DNA of 64,000 nt, taken from NCBI GenBank assembly GCA_964016885.1, contig OZ024752.1:42780001-42844000 (forward strand), in the 5' to 3' direction. Below the pieces are notes generated by a model. It made no database searches and was not told where the DNA came from. It was given only the letters and a program-made list of their open reading frames with translations. Source of the DNA: Eledone cirrhosa (taxonomy: Eukaryota). Below are positions 41,618 to 52,829 of the stretch, piece after piece. A program made the position numbers and the translations under genes. The stretch's first letter is position 1. Every line of letters starts with the position of its first letter.

Positions 41618-41788
41618 CATTATCATCACCGTTTAACATTCATTTCTCCATGCTTGCATGGGTTAGATGGGTCACCCATGTCATGAGACAAATCTGGCCA
41701 GTTGGAACTGTATTTTGCTCAGATGGAACTGTATTTTGGCTGGGATTTTTACAGCTGGATTCCCTTACTAACACCAACCACATTTACA

Positions 41789-41838
<50 letters not shown>

Positions 41839-42277
41839 ATTGTTTCTACTTTTGGCACAAGACCAGCAATTACCCAGTGCATTACTGGTACTTTATTTTA
41901 TCGACCCCGTAAGGATGAAAGACAAAGTTAACCTCGGCGGGATTTGAACTCAGAATGGCAAGGGCCGTAACTCTATGCGTCAAAGCATGGCGTCCGACCC
42001 TCTACCGATACTGCCAATCCACCGCCATAATAATAATGATTTCTTTATTAACCACAAGGGTTTACATAAAGTAGACATTAAGGACAGTGCAGGACAATAC
42101 AGGACGGTACAAATGGGCATTTCTGCGTGTAAAAAAACAAAAAAAAAACAGAGGGTGTAACAAAAATAACAATGAAAAATTCCCCAATAGGGGGGAGACT
42201 TCGGAGAGACATTTGTGGAGAAAGCCATAATAATAATACAAGTACAAATGGTTACTCCTTCATTACGTTTATTTGTT

Positions 42278-42386
42278 GGTGACACACGTTTCGCTACTGA
42301 TCAGCTCAAAGTTCGATCTGTATCGATCTGGTTTGATCTGTATTAATCTGTATCGACCGACTCTGGAATCAAAAGCTCATCGGACC
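42278..42386 (-). ncRNA. Hammerhead-like motif (CCGAUGA core variant, long stem II)
   Basis: Minus strand: GGU-CCGAUGA-GCU...(~80 nt)...AGC-GAA-ACGUGUGU-C-ACC, then AACAAAUAAA. GUC triplet. Confidence 0.6.
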
Positions 42387-43045
42387 TCTGTAGTAGTAAT
42401 GACGTCCTTGGTGGACGCCATGCTTTGACGTATGGAGTTACGGCCCTTGCCATTCTGAGTTCAAATCCCGCCGAGGTTAACTTTGCCTTTCATCCTTACG
42501 GGGTCGATAAAATAAAGTACCAGTAATGCACTGGGGTAATTGCTGGCCTTGTGCCAAAGGTAGAAACAATTATTATATTACCCTTTGGGCGGTGGATTGG
42601 CAGTATCGGTAGAGGGTCGGACGCCATGCTTTCCAGCATAGTTACGTCCCTTTGCGGCGGTCTGAGTTCAAATCCCTCCGGGTTTACATCACTCTAACCC
42701 CCCCCCCCCCCCCTAACGAGGATTCTACCTAAGTCCAAATCACTTTTAACGACCCTGTTCTTATGCCATGCTTTGACGTATAGAGTTACGGCCCTTGCCA
42801 TTCTGAGTTCAAATCCCGCCGAGGTTGACTTTGCCTTTCATCCTTACGGGGTCGATAAAATAAAGTACCAGTAATGTACTGAGATAATTGCTGGCCTTGT
42901 GCCAAAAGTAGAAACAAATATATTACCCTTTGTGTAGCTCTACACCTCGTTACTGATGTGAGCCTAAGTATTGAGTGCTCACCTGGGTGAACCTACAGTA
43001 AAGTCACGTTGCACTCCCTGGATATTTATATATATATATATATAT

Positions 43046-43392
43046 GGAGGCACATGGCTTAGTGGTTAGAGCATTGGCCTTGCAATCGAAAGGTTGTGAG
43101 TTCAATTCTCAGACCGGGTGATGTGTTGTTTCCTTGAGCAAGACACTTTATTTCACATTGCTCCAGTTTACTCAGCTGTAGAAATGAGATGATAGGGACT
43201 GGGGTCCATATCATTCCACTGCAAAGTGGTCATGGAGGTGCCACGGCAAAAAAAGCACCCAGCACTCGCTGTAAATGAGGTTGGTGTTAGGAAGGAGGGC
43301 ATCCAGCTGTAGAAATCAAGCCAGAACCAGATCCCGTCCCACCCTTGCAAGCAGGGAAAAGCGGACGTAAAATGATGATGATGATGATGATG
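43046..43392 (+). mobile_element. tRNA-derived SINE with V/CORE-like domain and (ATG)n LINE-type tail
   Basis: GGAGGCACATGGCTTAGTGGTTAGAGC (A box), GAGTTCAATTC (B box), TCCTTGAGCAAGACACTTT, tail GGAAAAGCGGACGTAAAATGATGATG. Copies at 40830-41200 (+), 34420-34768 (-), 44160-44330, 19962-20215 and 61987-62208. Confidence 0.85.
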
Positions 43393-43671
43393 ATATATAT
43401 ATAAACGGAAAAAATGAAACAAAATTTCATTTCTCACTCTTAGTACGGCTGTTACTTAAATATAAGTATGTATACGTACATACATATATGTATACAGACG
43501 TACAGTAGTATGTATATATATATATACATACATGCACACACATATATATGTACGTATGGATTCACTGAACATTTATTATAATGCTCGGTGTATTTTGTAA
43601 CAAACATCCCGTATTAAGCCGTACATTGTCTAGCAACCATCGTTGCTCGTTTGTTCAACACTGACAAAGGA

Positions 43672-43714
43672 ACGCTGTACTAGTTTCAAGCTTATTAGCT
43701 ATCGTCAGCAACGT
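43672..43714 (-). ncRNA. Minimal type I hammerhead ribozyme motif
   Basis: Minus strand: ACGUUG-CUGACGA-U-AGCU-AAUA-AGCU-U-GAA-ACUAGU-A-CAGCGU. 6-bp stem I, 4-bp stem II, palindromic stem III, GUA site. Confidence 0.8.
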
Positions 43715-44762
43715 ATACCTTCCTGCCAGATGATTGAACGTCTGAAAGTATATACTTTCCTTATGCATATTAACGGCTGAGCAGCTTAATTTGCATATCG
43801 AGTGTGTGCATGTATGTATATATATATACATACTACTGTACGTCTGTATACATATATGTATGTACGTTACGTATACATACTTATATATATATGTATGTAT
43901 ATATATATATAATCATTATCATTTAATGATATTTTCCATGCTTGCATGGGTTAGACGAGTTGTCACATTTTGGAGCTAGACCAGTCAGGTAACCATTCCT
44001 TGCTCATGCGTTCAATTCTGGTATAGTTTCTATGGCTCAACACTTTTCCTAATGCCAACCACTTTACAGCATGTACTGAGAGCATTTTATTGTGGCGCCA
44101 TCACTCCCACATTACAGAGTGGACTGGGTGCTTTTTTATCATGGCATAGGCACTACTTGTGAAGGCGCATGGCTTAGTGGTTAGAGCATTGGGCTTGCAC
44201 TCGAAAGGTTGTGAGTTCAATTCTCAGACCGGGTGATGTGTTGTTTCCTTGAGCAAGACACTTTATTTCACGTTGCTCCAGTTTTACTCAGCTGTAGAAA
44301 TGAGATGATAGGACTGGGGTCCCTATCATTAAATCACCCAAGACGAGATATACCAACGAGATATACCTTGGAGGAGGCCAGCTAAACCTGCTTAGGTGTG
44401 GGCTGTCATACAGACACACACACAGGTACTACCACATTACATATATATTAGCAGTGCCAGATTGTATCCAGTACATGCTGTGATGTGATTGGTCAAGATA
44501 GCTGTTCTCTCTAATTCCATCAGTGAATATTATAAAGTGATAATATTTTCATCTATGAAATTGCTTAATTTTTCAGTTTAATTTGATTAGTGTAAAGTAT
44601 TTTATGCTACCAGGGTTTCATGTATTCCTTCTCAATAAATATATTCCAGAGAATATAATATATATTATATATACACATACAATATGTACATACGAATATA
44701 TGTAACTACATAAATTCTTTTATATGTATACATCATCATCATCATCATCATTTATATATATA

Positions 44763-44804
<42 letters not shown>

Positions 44805-44946
44805 CAAATATATAGATATTTATATATATGTGTGTGTGTGTGTGTATATATATATATTTATATATATATATATATATATGTGCGTGTGTGTGTATATATA
44901 TATATATGTGTATATATACATATACATATATATATTTATATATATA

Positions 44947-44997
<51 letters not shown>

Positions 44998-44998
<1 letters not shown>

Positions 44999-45292
44999 CA
45001 TTGAAGCTCCGACGCCTGGCAACTGACTTGGTAAACACCCACAAAATCATTAACCATCTTACCAACAACAACCCTGAGCACCTTTTTGATTTCCATGTGT
45101 CTAACACACGTGGGGATGCCAACAAAGTCAGAAAACAGCACAGCTCCCATGACTTTCGGAAACATTTTTTTCACGCTCAGAGTTGCTGAAGCATGGAACA
45201 AACTATCTGCATCAGTTGTTAGCTGCCGTGACACTGCATCCTTTAAAACCTTTGATGAGTTGTAGTGTACCTGAGCACTGTACACAATAATT

Positions 45293-45320
<28 letters not shown>
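44998..45320 (+). mobile_element. CR1-type LINE 3' fragment
   Basis: [73 protein letters not shown], the CR1 ORF2 C-terminal signature. Tail GATGAGTTGTAGTGCACCTGAGCACTGTACACAATA(ATT)n recurs at ~2560, 2690, 7362, 25135 and 30836. Confidence 0.8.
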
Positions 45321-45330
<10 letters not shown>

Positions 45331-46044
45331 TATAATTGTTTCTACTTTAGGCACAAGGCCAGCAATTACCCAGTGCATTACTGGTACTTTATTTTATCGA
45401 CCCCGTAAGGATGAAAGGCAAAGTCAACCTCGGCGGGATTTGAACTCAGATTGTAAAGGGACATAACTATGCTGGAAAGTATGGCGTCCGTCCCTCTACC
45501 GATACTGCCAATCCACTGCCCATTATTATATATATATATAATAAGAGTGAATAATTAATTTAGACTTATAACATAATTTTACTCTAGATCTATTTCAATG
45601 TACAGCAGCTGGCCATACCTCAATATATACTGGGCATTTGCCTGCTGGTCTACATATCTTCAGGAATATAAATGTAGTTATAAGCATCAAGACAGTGGTT
45701 ATTCACTCTTAATTTATTAAATTTTGAGATCTGCAGTTTGTACCATAACAGTCTACAACATAATATACAGAGGTTGAAAAATATATATAATGGGACCTCA
45801 GTTCACTAACTTAATTTGTTCCTGAAGGCTATTAATGTTTATTTGGTATATATATATAGGGCAAAGTATGATCCCGACGGCAGAGCTCAAGCAGTTTCGA
45901 CGGCTATTTCTGGACTAAGAAATAGCCGTCGAAACGGCTTGAGCTCTGCCGTCGGGGTCATACTTTTTCCTATTTCCCACTCTACTACTCTAAGTATTGA
46001 GTACTCTGGTGCGTTATGGTCCATCTGGTTCCTTACCACAATTC

Positions 46045-46080
<36 letters not shown>

Positions 46081-46198
46081 CAAAGAAAGTGTGGTAAAGA
46101 ACCAGATGGACCATAATGCACCAGAGTACTCAATATATTCTGCGTCCAGAAATAACCGTCGAAACGGCTTGAGCTCTGCCGTCGGGGTTTAACATTTT

Positions 46199-46238
<40 letters not shown>

Positions 46239-47112
46239 CATTTGTTATGAGATGTTATAACCAGGGTTGGGTATCGACGCACCAATCAGTAAATTATGAA
46301 GCAATTAGATCCAAGCACTCAACGTTATGTGTATCCTTCCAAATCGGATTTGGTAGTCTATGACAAAGTGGTGTATGTACAATAATTGTTTCTACTTTTT
46401 GGCACAAGGCCAGCAAATACCCAGTACATTACTGGTACTTTATTTTATCGACCCCGTAAGGATGAAAGGCAAAGTCAACCTCGGCGGGATTTGAACTCAG
46501 ATCGTAAAGGGACGTAACTCTTTGCGTCAAAGCATGGCGTCCGACCCAATCCACCATCAATGTACAATAATGATAACTGTGAAGGCCAGATGTAGAAATT
46601 TCTGTGGCATTCATGATTATGTAATGCTGTCACACACAACCACCAGCACAACTTCATCAGACAACATCTTAAGTATTATGGTTGTTATGTAATATTTCTA
46701 ATGAAATGCATGTTACGGAGAAGGGGATGAGCAAGTTCGATGTTGTTAATGGACTCAGATAGGATCAGCATCAATCTTCTCCTTAGAAATAATTTATTAT
46801 ATATAATCTCAGTGGAAGGAAGCCTCAGTAGAAGAGACGACCAAGAAAGATATGGGCAGAGGTTGTGAGAGCTTAAGACTGGCAGAAGAGATGATGAAGG
46901 AATGCAACAACTGGAGAGATGCCGTGCTGAGAAGGACCCATGCAAGCATAGAAAAGCAAATATAAAGAAGAAGAAGGTGGTGGTGGTGATGATTGTGTGT
47001 GTGTGTGTGTGTGCAAGGAAACATGAAACAAACAAATAGGAGGAATCAATAACATGAAGTGATTAGTTTCAAGCTTTGGGGAAGAAGGAGTTACACACAC
47101 ACACACACACAC

Positions 47113-47161
<49 letters not shown>

Positions 47162-48796
47162 TGTATATGGATGACAGTTGAAGTAAAGACGAATTACTGC
47201 AAAATATGTCATTGTAGTTTCAAATCACACATCTATATTGCAATGAGGTGACACAGTTTAAGTTGTAAGGCTTGACTGCAGGCCACATTATTGTAGGTTT
47301 AAATCAATTCTAGAGTAATGAGAAACCATGTCAAGATTTATTTCGTCTAAGAACGAAAGGCAAAGTCAACTTTACAAGGATTAGAAATTGTGTTATAACT
47401 AAACATGGCAATGAAGTTAATCCACCACTTTACGATTTTTCATACTCCCTTTCTTGTATTACTAACTGCACAGAGAAAGGAATGAACACCACTACTTCAA
47501 GACGACTGCCTTACTGTAAGCAGATATAAATAATTCAAATTTTCACTGATCTAATGAAGTGATCTTGTGAGTAAAGGCATATGTAAGCAGTAGAGATCCT
47601 GAGCAAGGTATCAATCTTGGACAAGGGTTTACAATAAAATGTTTAATAAAACCTCACCCCTTATGATTCCTGCTGGAGATTGAAACTACTCCCTACATGT
47701 TGTAACAATACTTCAAACACCATAATCAAGTTAAAAAATAATGTACATAAAGCTATTTTCATAATTAGCCCTTTAGCATTTAAACCGGCCATAATTCTCT
47801 CACCTCTTTCTGTTCAAACTAGCCATAACTGGCTGCTTGTGCTTATGTTCAGGTATTGTTTTCAAAATAAATAATATCAAAATCTCGTAGATTATATATT
47901 ATGTGACATAATTATGTAAGATAAAGTGTTTGCTATAAAAGTATATATATAGAGTAATGTAAATACTAAAGGGTTAAGTGATCTTTGGATGCTCATTCTA
48001 CAAGACTGTATGGACTGCCTCACCACATACATCCTGAGGGTGTAATTTGTTGCTGTGGGGCCAGGGTTCTGGATGGTTGATCGTCTAGGTATGTATAGAT
48101 TGAAAAGAATGGATGAGAGGTTTTGAGTTTATTGTACTTTATTCTGGAGACTAAACACATTTGAAAGTGTTATTTTTGTACACTAAATAATACTTGCGAT
48201 CTATGAAACATTTAATTAAACTTACTAACAAATTTAAATAGGTTAGTAAGCTGTTAATAGACAGCGTAGGATGTAATATTTCGGACAAGTCATTTTTCAA
48301 CTTGCAAAACGTAAAAAAAAATAAAAAGTAATGCAAGGGAGGTAACTATGAATTTTTAGGTTTTATACTGCTAAATTTTTAATTTATTTTATTTTATTTC
48401 CATTAATAAACAAAAATAATACAAATTATATATATAATTCAAATTAATAGATATATGTAGATACATATATCTATTATTTTGAATTATTGTTGCTCTGGAC
48501 AAAAGTCCAAAGAGCTTTTCTATTGAGAAGCACAAATATCAGACATAACTGATATCTTTTGATACCATAAATTTATAAATATATATAGATAATGAAAGAT
48601 ATGATATAGAGCTGGGCTGGTTCCGCGTTTCACCCTATCCTATGGAAATTCATAAAAAGTAGAAAAATGCTAAGGGAGATAATTGTTGTTTTTCTTCTCT
48701 CCATGTCTTCGGCATAGATATAAGAAAGACTCCACGAAATATATATGATTTGTACTTCTTCTTATGATATCAGAAATCACCCTTGCCGGCTACGCC

Positions 48797-48843
48797 ATGT
48801 ATTACGAAGGAGCTTTAGGTTATGAATTGGAAGAAGATAAATT
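48797..48843 (+). CDS. PICK1: PICK1 first coding exon
   Basis: cgccATG...AAATT|gtaagt. MYYEGALGYELEEDK(L), resembling the PICK1 N-terminus MFADLDYDIEEDKL. Phase 2 matches the PDZ exon. Confidence 0.88.
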
Positions 48844-48924
48844 GTAAGTAAATCGGTTGGGATTCACAGAATCTTTGCGATGTATATGTATTGTCACGGC
48901 CTTTTTTTAAAAAATCACACACAG

Positions 48925-48980
<56 letters not shown>

Positions 48981-49224
48981 GAAAGGTATAGAAATTGTTT
49001 TAGCGAGAAGCTAATAGTATTCTATAACATATATTCTATATATATATATATATTTGTCAGTGTTTGTCTGTACTATGTTATTAGTTTAGACTAGTAAGAC
49101 CTTTATTTAACTCAAAGAAAGGCATGTGTGGATATTATAAGATAAAATGCCCAACGATGAAGCTTAAACCGTGTTTCGATTTCCCATTTTGCCATCGAAA
49201 CGGCTGCGCATTCTAACCTGTAAC

Positions 49225-49265
<41 letters not shown>

Positions 49266-49267
49266 TA

Positions 49268-49325
<58 letters not shown>

Positions 49326-49561
49326 CCGGCTGACTTGAGTATTTGAAATGTTGTCCATACGCAGAGGCTATAATAATTGTCATCGATCAGTATAAATGAT
49401 AGTTGAAAAAATCAGGTATTTTAAATACACACACATATATATGTGTGTGTGGGTGTGTCTGTGTGTGTATTTAAAATACCTGATTTTTTTCAACTATCAT
49501 TTATATATATATATATGTATATGCGCGTGTGTGTGTAAAATGGAAATAACAAAGTAAACGG

Positions 49562-49630
<69 letters not shown>

Positions 49631-49824
49631 AATATTTGGCACCTTTCGAATGACAGAGATGTTTCACAAACTAAATTAATCAATTATAAAAATACAAAAT
49701 ATGTCCATTATGACGACGATAATAACACGCACGCACGCACATAGATGACGACCGAGCTGATGCCCCTGTGATAAACAGGCGAAACTCCACAGTAACAAAA
49801 CTCACTATTCAGCATTAATAAAAG

Positions 49825-49860
<36 letters not shown>

Positions 49861-49975
49861 AGGATATATATATCGTAAGAGAGGAGAGAGAGATAGAAAA
49901 GTATGAAACAGTATTCTAAATGCCGATAGCCGAAGGAGGTGGGCTCGATGCAGCTCCTCCATTTATTCATTTTGC

Positions 49976-50009
<34 letters not shown>

Positions 50010-50398
50010 CGAAGGAGTTGTGGTATGGAACCAGATGGACTATAACGCACCAGAGTACTCAATACTTAGGGTAGTAGAGTGGGTAATAGGAAAAAGTATG
50101 ACTCCGACGGCAGAACTCAAGCCGTTTCGACGGCTATTTCTGGACTGAAATAGCCGTCGAAACGGCTTGAGCTCTGCCGCCGGGGTCATACTTTTTCCTA
50201 TATGTATTAAAAAGGATTAAATATTTTCCTATATATATATTAAAAGGGACAGGGTACTGTGTGGTTACTAATAAAGAGTGTTTAGAAATGTGGGTGGAAC
50301 ACAAACATAACACAATTCTCCTCTTCAGTTGTCTGCTGCGGGTCTTTGATGTTTCGATGTATTTATATATATTCCATAGAAGAATATGTACACAGGTG

Positions 50399-50432
<34 letters not shown>

Positions 50433-50769
50433 CACCTGCGTATATATTATTCTATATAATATTTATTTGGTATATACATACTGTGTTTCTTATACGATAT
50501 ATGTCTCTTTCTGCCTATATATATATATATACATATATCTTTTTCATTATGTTTATATATATATATCTTATATATACACACACACACACACATATAAATA
50601 TATATATATATATAAGAGATAGATGTTTATATAAACAGGAAATGAAAGGTTCTCGTTTATAACATCTGGTATAAAACAGCTTATCGAGAAAATGGCTTTT
50701 TATAATCTGTACCTTCATCGATAAATTACTTCTCGTTTCTTTTATTTTAATTAAACACACACACACAAG

Positions 50770-50825
<56 letters not shown>

Positions 50826-50897
50826 CATACATCAATATTTAGCTACAGGAATAAATATATTTATTTATAATTCTTACTGAACGAAAATATACACACA

Positions 50898-50940
<43 letters not shown>

Positions 50941-51596
50941 ATACTGAATTGCATAAATATTCCACATAAAAATATAGAATGAAAACGAAAAATATAAATT
51001 CAACACCAAAGGTGTTGGAGTCCCTCTCTAATAGTTTTTGAGGGAAGCCAACAAGCTGGCAGCATCTCCATGGACGGACATCCGTTTTCAATGTTTACAT
51101 ATACATCAAAGGAAACGATATGATTATATATATATATATATTCATATAGTTTCCTTTGATGTATATGTAAACATTGAAAACGGATGTATATATATATATA
51201 TATATATATATAAATACAATATCGGAGAAAGCTTTTTAGCGATACTCCGGCCAAATTCCAACTCACTCAACAAACATTAGGAAATAAGTGATTATATTCC
51301 TAATTAAGCGTTCGGGGTGCTAACTAAAAGTATTGCGTGGAAAATTGGCTGTATTATTTCATATGAGACATATCGAATCAATATAATAAAGGGATATAAA
51401 CACAGATATATACATTTATGTGTTCAAATCGTCAGGGTGCAGTTCGCTAGGGTGAATAGGATACCATGAACAATAGGGACCGGACAAATGTTTTCCTTGA
51501 GCTATTTTAATTGTAATATTCTAAATATATATATATATATTTAAATGAAATAAAATAACAGGAGGCTGGACTGGTGTAATCCCTGAAAGGTTTATT

Positions 51597-51654
51597 ATAC
51601 TATGACCATTTCAATGACCGGGTTCCATATGAATCCGGTGATATCATCAGGTAT
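51597..51654 (-). ncRNA. Type I hammerhead ribozyme motif
   Basis: Minus strand: AUAC-CUGAUGA-U-AUCACCGGAUUC-AUAU-GGAACCCGGUCAU-U-GAA-AUGGUCAU-A-GUAU, immediately followed by AAUAAA. Confidence 0.75.
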
Positions 51655-51929
51655 TGGAATATAACAAAGGAATATGTAAAAAACCATGGGTCCGAAAAAT
51701 CAGAGACAGAGACAGAGAGGACGACTGACCAACTAGCTTCTCGGCCAGTCGCCCCCTTCACAATATTACACCAGGATTGACCATACGGAATGACCAGTTC
51801 TATCCAGTGGTGAACCAACAAACCTAAAGATATAATATATATGTAAAAGTTCTATTTAAATTGTTGGGATACAACAAGCAAATATTTTTATAACTGATAT
51901 AAAGCACTCAACAAATAATTGGGAGTAAA

Positions 51930-52248
51930 AATACGATATTAACAAATGGAAACTATATATATATAAAACCATATTTATTTCATTATACATATTTCAAGGA
52001 CACCAATTTAAATTATGGTGTGCTTTCATCAGATAAAATATAATATAGAGCAGTTTTATAAATAAATATTGACATACCCTTATGGTTGCATTCTTTAAGG
52101 GTATGTCAATATTTATTTATAAAACTGCTCTATATTATATTTTATCTGATGAAAGCACACCATAATTTAACTTGGTGTCCTTGAAATATGTATAATGAAA
52201 TAAATATGGTTTTATATATATATAGTTTCCATTTGTTAATATCGTATT
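51930..52248. repeat. Long fold-back palindrome with hammerhead core in each arm
   Basis: ~153-bp near-perfect arms, 13-nt loop. CTGATGA (52146-52152), AAGCACACCA/TGGTGTCCTT stem, GAAA (52183-52186), mirrored at 51992-52032. Confidence 0.85.
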
Positions 52249-52276
52249 ATATATATATAACCATTCGTCCTTGTTT

Positions 52277-52346
<70 letters not shown>

Positions 52347-52829
52347 AAACAAGGACGAATGGTTACTCCTTAATTACGTTTACTGGATATATATGTATTA
52401 TATATGATGGCAGCAACTCGATTCGAGTAATGCCATCGCTTGATACTTAAGCATGAACAGCACAGCACGGATGTGGCTTTTTAGTCCTGCTAGTATGACC
52501 AGCAATGCCAGGCATCGCAGAAAATGTCACAAATGAAGCCTGAGACAGGGTTTATGACTGTGCTGGGTAGAAATCGCTTATCACTCAATGCTTCAAAGGG
52601 AGTGGGAGAAACTAACTGGTTGGGAGCAGTTTGAAACGGGGACCTGGGTCTATAAGCTGGTGCTGGGTCCCTTATTTTACATGTAGTTTGAGTTTATTAC
52701 CAACAATGGGGCTTGGCACACATTTTACATCTGGCCTTAATCTATAACCAACTGTATGTGGGTGGGGTACATTTTAGATTTTTCCTGGGCCTATTACCAA
52801 TTATGGTCCGTGTCTGTTACTAACTGGGA

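Noticed and set aside
46585-46670. CTGATGA...GAAA on the minus strand with a possible distal stem
   Set aside because: Stem I and stem II pairings are out of register with the core; too weak to call.
49145-49215. ACGATGA...GAAACGGC flanked by AATGC/GCATT, with similar relics at 20563-20620 and 50655-50730
   Set aside because: Core or stem II too degenerate; plausible decayed hammerheads but not supportable individually.
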